Shown in pieces: positions 9,007-17,612 of a DNA stretch of 46,973 nt. A model generated the notes under the pieces. That model saw only the letters and a list, made by a program, of their open reading frames with translations, ran no database searches and was not told where the DNA came from. Each line of letters begins with the position of its first letter. The stretch's first letter is position 1. The stretch is from a virus. Taxonomy: Duplodnaviria > Caudoviricetes. The stretch spans positions 1 through 46,973 of the IMG/VR virus record IMGVR_UViG_3300036846_001586; one strand, given 5' to 3'. A program made the translations under genes and the position numbers.

Positions 9007-9549
9007 ATGCAATCACTTGCGTATCAACACAATACCGGAATACATCCGGGAGCGATGATAAACCGCGCTCAACCCAAAGAGGCACCAGACCACGAAAAGA
9101 TCCGTGATTCGGTCCGAGCCTGGTCGTCGGCGCTGGGCAATCAGGACGTGGTATCAGCGCTGATCATCAACGAATACCGGGAGCAGGGCGGGACCGATAT
9201 CAGCTTCCCGGAGGATATCAGCCGGGCGCGCCAGAAGCTTTTCCGCTTCCTGGACAACCATTTCAACAGCGAACGGTACCGCGAAAACGTTCGCCAGCTA
9301 ACTCCGGCAATTCTTGCTGTTCTGCCGCTCGAGTTCCGCAATCGCCTGCTACCAGAAGACAACGTTATGGCCCGTCTGGCTCGGCTGGAGAAAGAAACCA
9401 GCGAAGCGAAGATTGCCGTCGCGATGGATGCGCCACGTCATCAGAAGTTGAAAGAGCTGAGTGAGGGGATTGTGGAGATGTACCGCGTTGACCCTGGGTT
9501 AACCGGTCCGCTGATGGAAATGGTGCAGATGATGCTGGGGGCTATATGA
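9007..9549 (+). CDS. CII-like / YdaT family regulator
   Basis: Follows cro; 'ARQKLFRFLDN...LTPAILAVLPLEFR' is typical of the YdaT family. Confidence 0.7.
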   Translation: MQSLAYQHNTGIHPGAMINRAQPKEAPDHEKIRDSVRAWSSALGNQDVVSALIINEYREQGGTDISFPEDISRARQKLFRFLDNHFNSERYRENVRQLTPAILAVLPLEFRNRLLPEDNVMARLARLEKETSEAKIAVAMDAPRHQKLKELSEGIVEMYRVDPGLTGPLMEMVQMMLGAI

Positions 9550-9698
9550 CCGGTTCAAAAATGGCGAAAGCCGTGGTGCTCGAACACCAACGGCTTTCAG
9601 GTGCAATTCGTTGTGGACTCATTGCGAGGAAATTATGTCAGAAAAGTCAGCCTTCAGAAAGATAGATGGGCCACCACTTTAGCGATTAAGAGGTTTTT

Positions 9699-10571
9699 AT
9701 GCGTGATTACGCAACCGTTGCGCCTCAGTTCTGGCTTGGAAAAACAGGCCGTGAACTGAGGAAACAAGGCGCGGAGGCGCAGGTGGTTTCGTTCTATCTG
9801 ATGACCTCGCCACACGCAAATATGCTCGGGTTGTATTACCTGCCAATTCTGTACATAGCCCATGAAACAGGTCTGGGCTTGGAAGGGGCTTCGAAGGGGC
9901 TAAAAAGCTCCATTGAAGCGGGATTTTGTAGCTATGACGAGGACACTGAGATGGTTTGGGTGCATGAAATGGCCGCCTATCAGGTTGGTCGATCACTGAA
10001 GCCAGGGGATAACCGTTGTGCTGGTGTCAGGAATGAGTATGTGTCATTACCTGAAAACCCTTTTTTATCATTATTTTATGAACGTTATAAAACAGATTTT
10101 CACCTTAATTTAAAACGTGAATCGCGCCAAATTTCCGAAGGGGCTTCGAAGGGGCTACGAAGCCAAGATCAGGAACAGGATCAGGAACAAGATCAGGATA
10201 AAGATATTATGGGGCATGGCGCCGCCACACCCCGAGGGAAAAATACTTATCCGGATGATTTTGAATTGGCGTGGCAGGAATACCCAAAACGCGCCGGTGG
10301 TAACAGCAAGGCTGATGCGTTCAAAGCCTGGACTGCACGTATTAAATCCGGAGCAACAGTTCAGGAGCTTACCGATGGTGTTCGGCGATACGCGGATTAC
10401 GTAACTGCCGCTGGAAAACTTAACACCGAGTTTGTGAAACAGGCATCCACGTTTTTTGGCCCCTCAAAGCACTACGAAGAGTCGTGGTCTTTAGCGAAGC
10501 CAGATGGAAAACGGGATCCGAACAAAATTTCTCAACCAGATAAAGCGATTCCGACCGGATTCAGGGGGTGA
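9699..10571 (+). CDS. Phage replication initiation protein (O-like)
   Basis: Precedes a DnaC-like gene; 'FELAWQEYPKR...AFKAW' C-terminal domain; internal iteron-like repeats. Confidence 0.8.
   Translation: MRDYATVAPQFWLGKTGRELRKQGAEAQVVSFYLMTSPHANMLGLYYLPILYIAHETGLGLEGASKGLKSSIEAGFCSYDEDTEMVWVHEMAAYQVGRSLKPGDNRCAGVRNEYVSLPENPFLSLFYERYKTDFHLNLKRESRQISEGASKGLRSQDQEQDQEQDQDKDIMGHGAATPRGKNTYPDDFELAWQEYPKRAGGNSKADAFKAWTARIKSGATVQELTDGVRRYADYVTAAGKLNTEFVKQASTFFGPSKHYEESWSLAKPDGKRDPNKISQPDKAIPTGFRG
9882..10205 (+). repeat. Candidate ori: 21-bp direct repeat GAAGGGGCTTCGAAGGGGCTA at 9882 and 10137, AT-rich tract, and GATCAGGAA repeats
   Basis: Repeats seen directly inside the replication gene; origin role is inferred from lambdoid organisation. 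Confidence 0.55.
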
Positions 10572-11323
10572 CGATGAAAAACATGGTTGGTACCGGAAGT
10601 GCTCTCGAGCGCCTCAGAAAACTCATTCCACCTGGCGTTCAGCCGAAGTTCACCAGTGCAGCAGAGTTGTTGGCCTGGCAACGAGAAGAGGGCTTGAAGC
10701 GGTGTGAAGAACTGGACAGGCTGAATCAGAAAGCCCGGACAGAGAAAATTTTCGGTCGCTCAGGAATTCAAAGCCTGCACCGCAGCTGCACGTTCGCGAA
10801 TTACCAGTTATCCGGGGAAGGGCAGCGTAAAGCCTTCACGATGGCAAAGAGCTACGCGCAGAACTTTGGGGTCGGCTTTGCGAGCTTCGTGTTCAGTGGT
10901 GGTCCTGGTACTGGGAAAAACCATCTGGCGGCAGCGATCGGAAATCATCTCCTGTCTGGTGGCCAATCAGTGTTGGTAGTAACTATCCCTGACCTGATGC
11001 TGCGCGTTCGCGAGTGCTACGACGGTGGTCAATCAGAGGCTGCGTTGCTGGACGATCTCTGCAAAGTCGATCTGCTGGTGCTGGATGAAGTCGGTATTCA
11101 GCGTGGAAGTAACGGCGAGAAAGTCATTCTGAATCAGGTTATCGACCGTCGCCTGTCGTCAATGCGTCCGGTAGGGATCCTGACGAACCTAAACCACAAT
11201 GACCTTCTCGTGGCGTTGGGCGCGCGGGTTATCGACCGTCTTCAAATGGATGGCGGGATGTGGGTGAACTTTGACTGGGGTAGCTACCGCAAAAACGTTA
11301 GCCATCTCCGGGTCGTTAAATAA
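10568..11323 (+). CDS. DnaC/IstB-like helicase loader ATPase
   Basis: Walker A GGPGTGKNH, Walker B LLVLDEVG, 'RVIDRL'. Confidence 0.9.
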   Translation: MTMKNMVGTGSALERLRKLIPPGVQPKFTSAAELLAWQREEGLKRCEELDRLNQKARTEKIFGRSGIQSLHRSCTFANYQLSGEGQRKAFTMAKSYAQNFGVGFASFVFSGGPGTGKNHLAAAIGNHLLSGGQSVLVVTIPDLMLRVRECYDGGQSEAALLDDLCKVDLLVLDEVGIQRGSNGEKVILNQVIDRRLSSMRPVGILTNLNHNDLLVALGARVIDRLQMDGGMWVNFDWGSYRKNVSHLRVVK

Positions 11324-11341
11324 CCTCGAGGGCAAATCACT

Positions 11342-11653
11342 ATGGCAAGCAAATCACTGTGGGCAATTGTCGATTTTCTTCGGGTTAACCAGACCATCAC
11401 GCCGCGACAGGTTAAGAATCTGCTGGGATGCGACAGTAAGAAGGCACACAACCTGCTGCTTCACCTGGTACGTAGGGCTGTAGTTATACGAGCTGGCGCG
11501 CCACATCACCCGGTCTATTCGCTGCAACCCGGCGGGGAACTGAATATCAAGCAGCTCAAATCGAGTATGAGAAAAAACATGGTTACTTCAGTATGCCGTA
11601 CAAGTCCGGCGATGAAGCGGGTTCTGGAATTTTACGGGAGAACATCAGCATGA
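11342..11653 (+). CDS. Hypothetical phage protein (possible winged HTH)
   Basis: 103-aa ORF in the replication operon with an SD. Confidence 0.6.
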   Translation: MASKSLWAIVDFLRVNQTITPRQVKNLLGCDSKKAHNLLLHLVRRAVVIRAGAPHHPVYSLQPGGELNIKQLKSSMRKNMVTSVCRTSPAMKRVLEFYGRTSA

Positions 11654-11934
11654 AACCAACCTACGAAGAACTGGCAGTACAGCTCGCTAACGCCGAGAGC
11701 AAGTGCAGGGAGCTGGAGGCGGAGAATTCTCATGCGTGTGAACGACATATATTCATCCGTGCGCTGGCTGTTTCGATTCTTGAGCATAGTGACGGCCGAA
11801 TGGACTGGCGTGGAGCGATGGAGGATGCAACCGAACTACTCAAAACGGTGTATTCCTTATATGCAAAAAAAACAGCTACCGAAGCTTTCATGGCTGAAGT
11901 GCGGACAGGTAATTGTATTCAAGGTTGTGATTAG
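11650..11934 (+). CDS. Ead/Ea22-like protein, probably truncated
   Basis: 'MKPTYEELAVQLANAESKCRELEAEN...TEAFMAEVR' typical of Ea-type nin proteins; ATGA overlap with the upstream gene. Confidence 0.5.
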   Translation: MKPTYEELAVQLANAESKCRELEAENSHACERHIFIRALAVSILEHSDGRMDWRGAMEDATELLKTVYSLYAKKTATEAFMAEVRTGNCIQGCD

Positions 11935-12112
11935 TGGCGTACAGTCATTTATGATAGTTTGGATTGATGTGGGTAAATATGCGATATAGGCCGAACAAAT
12001 ATAGCATATGAGGTAAACAGAAGTTTAACATCAATAACCTGAAGATTGTGAGGTCTATAAGGGTACAACAGACATGGGGCAATTAAGATTACGCCCCATT
12101 TGCATAGACTAA

Positions 12113-13027
12113 CTACAATCTCACTTTCATATTTCTGGTGCTATCTATCTGTACTCTTAATTCTCTATTGAGCTCATCAAGCTTTGATTCAGCTTCTTTT
12201 CTAAATTTGAGGATGGACGAATTGTTACTATTTTTAAAATTAATAAGGTATGGATAGCGAGCGTTGTAATTTCTTATTGACTCTTCTGTTTTTTCAAGTT
12301 TGTTTTTTAATTCATTGTAATTACTTAGAGTATTCTCGTATGATTCCTTTGATAACGACAGATTTACCATGGCTTGGTTTAATTCTGCTGATATTTTTAT
12401 TATTTTATCACCCAAAGCTCTGTTGTTTTCCTTCTCGATGATTAAATCATTTTGCAGTTGCGATTTTGACTCTTGTTCAACGTTAAATTTACTCTCGGAT
12501 TTTGCTAGTTGGGAATTTAGTTCATTTACCGATATTAAAAGCTTGTTTATTTCTTCTTCTTTTTCATTAATGTCTATCATTGTTTTATTATAGGATTCTT
12601 TTATGGCGTGAATACTCTCTTCGATGAATCTTTCTTCTTTTTTTTCAGCTAATTTTTTTCTGGCTTCGCTTTCGGCCAATGATTGTTGTAATACAGCTGT
12701 TTTAATTTTTGATGAAAGACTTAATTGTACCGTGTCGGAGTTTGGCTTGTCCTGAATTCTAGTGATGAATTTATTGATTTGTGGGAGTAAGATAACAATT
12801 AATGCCGTCGTGCAGATGGGGGCGAGTAAATAGCTGCCAATATCATAATGCGCATTAATTATTTCGAGACGTTCTTCAATATCTTTTTTGCTAAAGAGAA
12901 CAATTGCTAACATTTGCCAATTGAATCCAATCCATGAGAATACAAAGGCCCCAAGGAATGGGCTCTTAACCCTTTCAAGAGATGTCTGACGGAAGGATGT
13001 ATAGATATCACGGACGAAGTCTAGCAT
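12113..13027 (-). CDS. Moron: two N-terminal TM helices plus a long coiled coil
   Basis: 304 aa, very AT-rich, antisense to flanking genes; hydrophobic segments near aa 24-45 and 65-84. Confidence 0.8.
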   Translation of the reverse strand: MLDFVRDIYTSFRQTSLERVKSPFLGAFVFSWIGFNWQMLAIVLFSKKDIEERLEIINAHYDIGSYLLAPICTTALIVILLPQINKFITRIQDKPNSDTVQLSLSSKIKTAVLQQSLAESEARKKLAEKKEERFIEESIHAIKESYNKTMIDINEKEEEINKLLISVNELNSQLAKSESKFNVEQESKSQLQNDLIIEKENNRALGDKIIKISAELNQAMVNLSLSKESYENTLSNYNELKNKLEKTEESIRNYNARYPYLINFKNSNNSSILKFRKEAESKLDELNRELRVQIDSTRNMKVRL

Positions 13028-13231
13028 GTCGCAACCTTATGTTATTTGTTTCATGCATATTATCTACAAGAGCATCGATAGTCACCAAGAAAAGATGCCT
13101 ACAGAAGTGGTTGATAGAAAGCAATACGTACGGTTTACAGTAATTAGCCATCGTAATTGCATCTTTCAATAACTGTAGTGGTGATGATAATCTGGAATAA
13201 TGGATTTCTCCGTTACTATCACCTCTATGTA

Positions 13232-13595
13232 AGCAACGCGTGGTGGGAAGTGAAAACCACGCGGCTTGCCAATGGAGATGACAAGCGCCGCTCTAACCAG
13301 ACCCGGAGTTCGCGCGCAAATACTGCGGCGAGGATTGCGACGGGCTGGTGACAGTTGACGGCATAACTTACCGCATCGTTGATATTGGCATGCGCATGCT
13401 ACAACCGCACGAGCTATACCGCGACCGCGCGCAGGGCTTCCCAGAGCGGTACATCATCGACTAGGACTACCGGGGTAAGAAGTACGCTAAGGACAAGCAG
13501 ATTGCGCGATGTGGTAATGCTGTTCCGCCGCCATTTGCAGAAGCATTAGTACGTGCTAATTTACCGGAGCTTTGTCAAAAGAAATCGCAGGTTAA
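13232..13595 (+). pseudogene. 3' remnant of a phage C5-cytosine DNA methyltransferase
   Basis: Manual translation KYCGEDCDGLVTVDGITYRIVDIGMRMLQPHELYR..AQGFPERYIID*DYRGKKYAKDKQIARCGNAVPPPFAEALVRANLPELC (motifs IX/X); stop at 13462; indels. Confidence 0.8.
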
Positions 13596-13694
13596 TGTCC
13601 GATTTTCAGAACAGTGTGTAACAAATCCTGCTACTTCAATGACGTAGATTCAAACTTGATATAATTATGCTCTTCACAACACGAGGAGCCTAAA

Positions 13695-13931
13695 ATGCAC
13701 CATTACATGATCTCTATCAACGGAACTGTTCACCTGATCAAGACTGACTCTCTAATCCCTGAAGGGACTGAGTATAGCTTTGAAGGAGAAAGTCTAATCT
13801 GCGCTCATGCCACTTTTAAATCTGGGACGTATGGCTTCCTGATACCAAAGGGAAATCAGTTGAATAGAGAGCATGCGTTCTGGCATGTAAGTGGAATTCA
13901 CCCTAACCCCCTGGAAATGGATAAACCGTAA
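13695..13931 (+). CDS. Small hypothetical moron (78 aa)
   Basis: GAGGAG SD, upstream TATAAT, downstream hairpin. Confidence 0.65.
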   Translation: MHHYMISINGTVHLIKTDSLIPEGTEYSFEGESLICAHATFKSGTYGFLIPKGNQLNREHAFWHVSGIHPNPLEMDKP

Positions 13932-14111
13932 TCCATAATATGCATGTCATCCTCCTGTACACTCGATGGCATGCATCTTGCGCTTAAACGGGAATGTTAA
14001 AGTGCAAAATACAATTTGAGCAATATTCAACCTGTCACAGATGGCGAACACCACCGCCATTTCGTGCATTCTGCTGTTTCTGTTACCCATTGCACTAATG
14101 CTATCCAATCA

Positions 14112-14180
14112 CCGCTCGCTGAGGCGCTGGTGAGCGCGAACCTGCCGGAGCTATGACAGTCGAATCAAATCGCGACATAA
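14112..14180 (+). pseudogene. Second copy of the methyltransferase extreme 3' end
   Basis: PLAEALVSANLPEL*QSNQIAT* compared with PFAEALVRANLPELCQ at about 13530-13595. Confidence 0.7.
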
Positions 14181-14215
14181 CATATAATCCCTTTCAATAT
14201 AAAGAGAGGGATTAT

Positions 14216-14476
14216 ATGAAATTTTCTAGGATGATTGCTGGGACTGTATTTTCTGTGATGTTATCTGGCTGCGCTGCAGTACAGTACAACGACGGTGAGA
14301 AGGTTAGTATCCAGTCTGATGGCTGGTACGGACTCGATAGCCTTCATGAGACAGCTGTTAAAGCGTGTAGCCAATATGGTAAAACGAGAGCTACTTATCT
14401 TCATAGCGCAAATATGAATCCAAATTTACCCGCGGGGAGTGGTGTTCAGAATACATTCTGGAAATGCGAGCCTTAG
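14216..14476 (+). CDS. Small lipoprotein moron
   Basis: Lipobox LSGC after a short hydrophobic stretch; two further Cys. Confidence 0.75.
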   Translation: MKFSRMIAGTVFSVMLSGCAAVQYNDGEKVSIQSDGWYGLDSLHETAVKACSQYGKTRATYLHSANMNPNLPAGSGVQNTFWKCEP

Positions 14477-14487
14477 ATTTGTGAACT

Positions 14488-14550
14488 TTCAGCATCGCAG
14501 CAAAATCGAAAGAAGAGCAGGACAAGTTAAACGTTGACCAGGCTACATAG
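14488..14550 (+). pseudogene. N-terminal remnant of a phage HolE (Pol III theta) homologue
   Basis: FSIAAKSKEEQDKLNVDQAT* resembles the HolE/Hot 'DKVNVDLAA' motif; no start codon. Confidence 0.55.
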
Positions 14551-14585
14551 AAATAGCAGAAGCTAACATTAAATAGGGAATTTGA

Positions 14586-15170
14586 ATGGAACTGTGGGTT
14601 GGTTCAATGATCGGTGGCGTAATCGGGGCAGTAATGGGCCATGGCGCAAATCACTTTATTGGGTGGTTTAAAGAAAATAAACAGTCCAGTCCAGAAAGAA
14701 AATTCATTTGTGCAGAACTAGTCTTCCTTCTTGAAAATTATGCTGTTAAGTGTGCTGAGGTTGTTCAGGATGATGGCGAACCTAATGGCGATCAAGGTGA
14801 GTATGACACGACAACAAAAATTCCTGACAAAATTGATTACTCGTTAGTTAAGGGAAACTGGAAGTCACTAAAATCAAAGACAATGTACGAAATATGTAGC
14901 CTTCCAATGAAACAAAATGAGGCTATGAAAGCCATTAACTTCGCTGGTGAATACATGTCGTCTCCTCCAGATCATCGAGAGTTTTTTGAAGAGAGACAAT
15001 TCCAATTTGCCTTACTTGGGTTAAAAGCTGCTGAGATTGCTTCTGGAATCCGCAAAGAGAATGGCTTCCCTGATACAGAACTGGCATCGTGGGTGATCCC
15101 CGCACTTGAGGAAAGGCTTCATAAAATCAAAACCAAAAGGCTAAAATATCAAGACGAAGAAGACCTTTGA
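14586..15170 (+). CDS. Hypothetical moron with an N-terminal glycine-rich TM helix (194 aa)
   Basis: AT-rich ORF; 'WVGSMIGGVIGAVMGHG'. Confidence 0.75.
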   Translation: MELWVGSMIGGVIGAVMGHGANHFIGWFKENKQSSPERKFICAELVFLLENYAVKCAEVVQDDGEPNGDQGEYDTTTKIPDKIDYSLVKGNWKSLKSKTMYEICSLPMKQNEAMKAINFAGEYMSSPPDHREFFEERQFQFALLGLKAAEIASGIRKENGFPDTELASWVIPALEERLHKIKTKRLKYQDEEDL

Positions 15171-15253
15171 TTTTCCATAATCAACCCTCCATAATTGACT
15201 CTGTCAGTCTGAGCAACTGACAACCTTATGCGCCACGGAGAGTACCATGGCGC
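15167..15253 (+). promoter_or_regulatory. Promoter and structured leader of the DUF1367-ninG-Q operon
   Basis: TTGATT-17-CATAAT; hairpin TGTCAGT-N7-ACTGACA; GCGCCACGG/CCATGGCGC stem covering the SD and ATG. Confidence 0.55.
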
Positions 15254-15846
15254 AGTTACAATTAATCAAGCATTCCTCAGGAATCCTGATCCCCGCTACG
15301 CCGGAGACCAGCGATATTCTGCAATCAAAAATCAAACTTGGAGCCGTACTGGTAGCCGAGTTTCGTCAGGTGAGGAATCCCGCATTCCATCGCCGTTTCT
15401 TTGCGCTCTTGAATCTCGGGTTTGAATACTGGGAACCTACTGGCGGGGCAATCTCTTCCAACGAACGTAAATTGGTGACCGGGTACGCTAAATTCCTCGC
15501 GGCATTTGGTGGTAACGAAGGTGCACTGCTGGATGCTGCCGAGCAGTATCTGGAGCAGGTAGCCAGTCGCCGAATTACCAATGGGATCAGCCTGTGTAAA
15601 TCCTTTGACGCGTACCGTGCCTGGGTAATTGTCGAGGCCGGCCACTACGACGCAATTCAACTGCCTGATGGTATCCTTCGTAAACATCCCCGCAGTATTG
15701 CCTTCGCTAACATGGACGAAACCGAGTTCCAGCAACTGTACAAAGCCGCGCTCGATGTTTTGTGGCGTTGGGTATTGTCCCGGACATTCAAGACTCAGCG
15801 AGAAGCGGAAAACGCCGCTGCGCAGCTTATGAGCTTTGCGGGGTGA
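15247..15846 (+). CDS. DUF1367 family protein
   Basis: 'RNPAFHRRFFALLNLGFEYW...SIAFANMDETEF'. Confidence 0.8.
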   Translation: MAQLQLIKHSSGILIPATPETSDILQSKIKLGAVLVAEFRQVRNPAFHRRFFALLNLGFEYWEPTGGAISSNERKLVTGYAKFLAAFGGNEGALLDAAEQYLEQVASRRITNGISLCKSFDAYRAWVIVEAGHYDAIQLPDGILRKHPRSIAFANMDETEFQQLYKAALDVLWRWVLSRTFKTQREAENAAAQLMSFAG

Positions 15847-16052
15847 TGGCGATGAAATTTTCCTGGTTTCACCATCATGAATGCACAACCGAGCAGGTCG
15901 ACGAACTGGTGGCAAGTTACCGCCGTCGTGGCGCCACGGTAGAACGCAGCCTTAATCGCGACAACATAACCTGGACTGTCAGCGTGCAGCTGCCGGAAAG
16001 TGAGATAGCGCCGCGCCCGAGTAAGGTCTGGCAAAACAGGGCGTGGGGTTGA
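15846..16052 (+). CDS. Small conserved nin-region protein
   Basis: TGATG coupling to DUF1367; 'MAMKFSWFHHHECTTEQVDEL'. Confidence 0.65.
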   Translation: MAMKFSWFHHHECTTEQVDELVASYRRRGATVERSLNRDNITWTVSVQLPESEIAPRPSKVWQNRAWG

Positions 16053-16054
16053 GT

Positions 16055-16666
16055 ATGGCTAAGCTACCGCGCCGGAAGTGCGCCAACAAAGCATGCCGCC
16101 AGTGGTTCCATCCGGTACGAAACGAGCAGATTGTTTGTTCGTACGAATGTGCCAGCGCATATGGCAAAGAGCAGACCAGAAAAGCTAGGGAGGCCGCACA
16201 ACGTAAGGAGTCTGCCAAACAGCGCGCCACTGAGAAAAAAGAGCGAGCCGCCTGGCGCCAGCGTAAAGCTGCAGTTAAGCCGCTGAAGCACTGGGTTGAC
16301 CTGACGCAGCGCGCCGTAAATGACATTTGCCGCGAGACGGAGTTGGTAGAGGGGCGGGGCTGCATTTCCTGCGGAACTAAAACGGCGTTCGCCTGGCATG
16401 CTGGTCATTATCGGACCACAGCCGCCGCTGGGCATCTGCGCTTCACTCGCTTCAACATCCATCTTCAGTGTGACGTCTGCAACGTCCATAAATCCGGGAA
16501 TATCGAAGCATACCGAGCTGCGCTGGTGGAGCGTTATGGTGAAGAGCCGGTATTGGCGCTCGAGAACAATAACACCCCACATCGCTGGACAGTCGAAGAA
16601 CTGGAGAAAATCAGGTTCACCGCGCTGGCCGACTTACGCGCACTGAAAAAGCAGGAGGCAGCGTGA
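16055..16666 (+). CDS. ninG: NinG/Rap recombination endonuclease
   Basis: CxxC motifs; 'CISCG...AGHYR...LRF...NIHLQCDVCN...GN'. Confidence 0.85.
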   Translation: MAKLPRRKCANKACRQWFHPVRNEQIVCSYECASAYGKEQTRKAREAAQRKESAKQRATEKKERAAWRQRKAAVKPLKHWVDLTQRAVNDICRETELVEGRGCISCGTKTAFAWHAGHYRTTAAAGHLRFTRFNIHLQCDVCNVHKSGNIEAYRAALVERYGEEPVLALENNNTPHRWTVEELEKIRFTALADLRALKKQEAA

Positions 16667-16800
16667 CATTCGAAACCTACTTTGCCGATCACCTCCGCGT
16701 TCGCTGGCAGCGATTGCGCTTATATCATTTCCCGGGCTCTGTTCTGACGGACTACCGGATACTGAAGAATTACATCAAAACCATAGGCGGTACTGTATGA
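16663..16800 (+). CDS. YlcG family small protein (not in ORF track)
   Basis: Manual translation MTFETYFADHLRVRWQRLRLYHFPGSVLTDYRILKNYIKTIGGTV; overlaps the ninG stop and the Q start. Confidence 0.7.
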   Translation: MTFETYFADHLRVRWQRLRLYHFPGSVLTDYRILKNYIKTIGGTV

Positions 16801-17486
16801 ACACTCAATTTCTTGAATACGTGCGCCAGCAGCTGATGGTGGCCACCGCCGATTTAAGTGGTGCGACGAAAGGGCAGTTAATGGCCTGGCTTGAGAACGC
16901 GCAGTTCGATACCGGTACCTTTAAGCGGAAGAAGATGAAGGTGAAGGATGAGGTTACTGGCGAGATGATAACTCTGGATAACCCGCCAATCCCCGGTAAA
17001 CAGTCGCATGCCAAGGGATCGCATATTCCGCTGGTACAGCCGGTTGAATACTCCACTGCATCGTGGCGCCGTGCACTGATGGCGCTCGAAGAACACCAAA
17101 AGGCCTGGCTGCTATGGAACTATAGCGAGAATGTGCGCTGGGATAATCAGGTGCTGATTACTCAGTGGGCGTGGTCGAAATTCTGCGAATATCTGGCCGG
17201 AAAGAAGGTGACGAAGAAGACCACCGACCGTTTACGGCAGCTCATCTGGCTGGCGGCGCAGGATGTGAAAGGCGAATTATCCGGGAAGGATCCGTATCAG
17301 TATGGCGATCTGGCTGCGCTGGTGGGCGTGAATAAAACAAACTGGTCTCAGAATTACGTGGAACATTACGATGCGATGATCAGCCTGTATAAGGGGCTCG
17401 ATTCCCAGGCGCTACTGCATGTTTCGCGATCACGTTCACAACAAAAGACAGCAAATTATCAGCAAGGTATTGCAGAAATGAACTAA
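16797..17486 (+). CDS. Q: Late antitermination protein Q (phage 82-type)
   Basis: 229 aa; 'ATADLSGATKGQL...WRRA...NWSQNY'; position before the late promoter. Confidence 0.8.
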   Translation: MNTQFLEYVRQQLMVATADLSGATKGQLMAWLENAQFDTGTFKRKKMKVKDEVTGEMITLDNPPIPGKQSHAKGSHIPLVQPVEYSTASWRRALMALEEHQKAWLLWNYSENVRWDNQVLITQWAWSKFCEYLAGKKVTKKTTDRLRQLIWLAAQDVKGELSGKDPYQYGDLAALVGVNKTNWSQNYVEHYDAMISLYKGLDSQALLHVSRSRSQQKTANYQQGIAEMN

Positions 17487-17580
17487 TTGGCATATATTTC
17501 GTGTAAATCAGCTATTGTCGGCAAAGCTCTAATTGTTGTCGGATTTAAAACCTCGCCATTGTGCGGGGGTTTTTATTTTT
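17470..17580 (+). promoter_or_regulatory. Late promoter pR' and terminator tR'
   Basis: TTGCAG-17-TATATT at 17470-17498; hairpin plus T-run at about 17548-17580. Confidence 0.65.
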
Positions 17581-17612
17581 CGTTATAATGCTTCTCGTTA
17601 AAGGGGGCATTA

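Noticed and set aside
8724-9549. YdaS/YdaT as a toxin-antitoxin pair
   Set aside because: Position and operators indicate they are the Cro and CII equivalents
9546-9665. 39-codon ORF after the cII-like gene
   Set aside because: No recognisable motif; it overlaps a GAAAGCCG...CGGCTTTC hairpin better explained as a regulatory or terminator element
10160-10205. Short repeats as a possible CRISPR or DGR array
   Set aside because: Coding QDQEQ linker/iteron-like repeats without spacers; no cas or reverse transcriptase gene in the window
13157-13351. 64-aa ORF from the ORF track
   Set aside because: Largely a frameshifted reading through the methyltransferase remnant
15325-16582. Long antisense ORFs (196, 128 and 172 aa)
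   Set aside because: Shadows of DUF1367 and ninG with no recognisable motifs; the same applies to antisense ORFs over recE, terS, terL and tipJ
16793-16808. LexA box-like CTGTATGAACACTCAA over the Q start
   Set aside because: Right half is CAA rather than CAG and the sequence is constrained by overlapping codons; insufficient evidence
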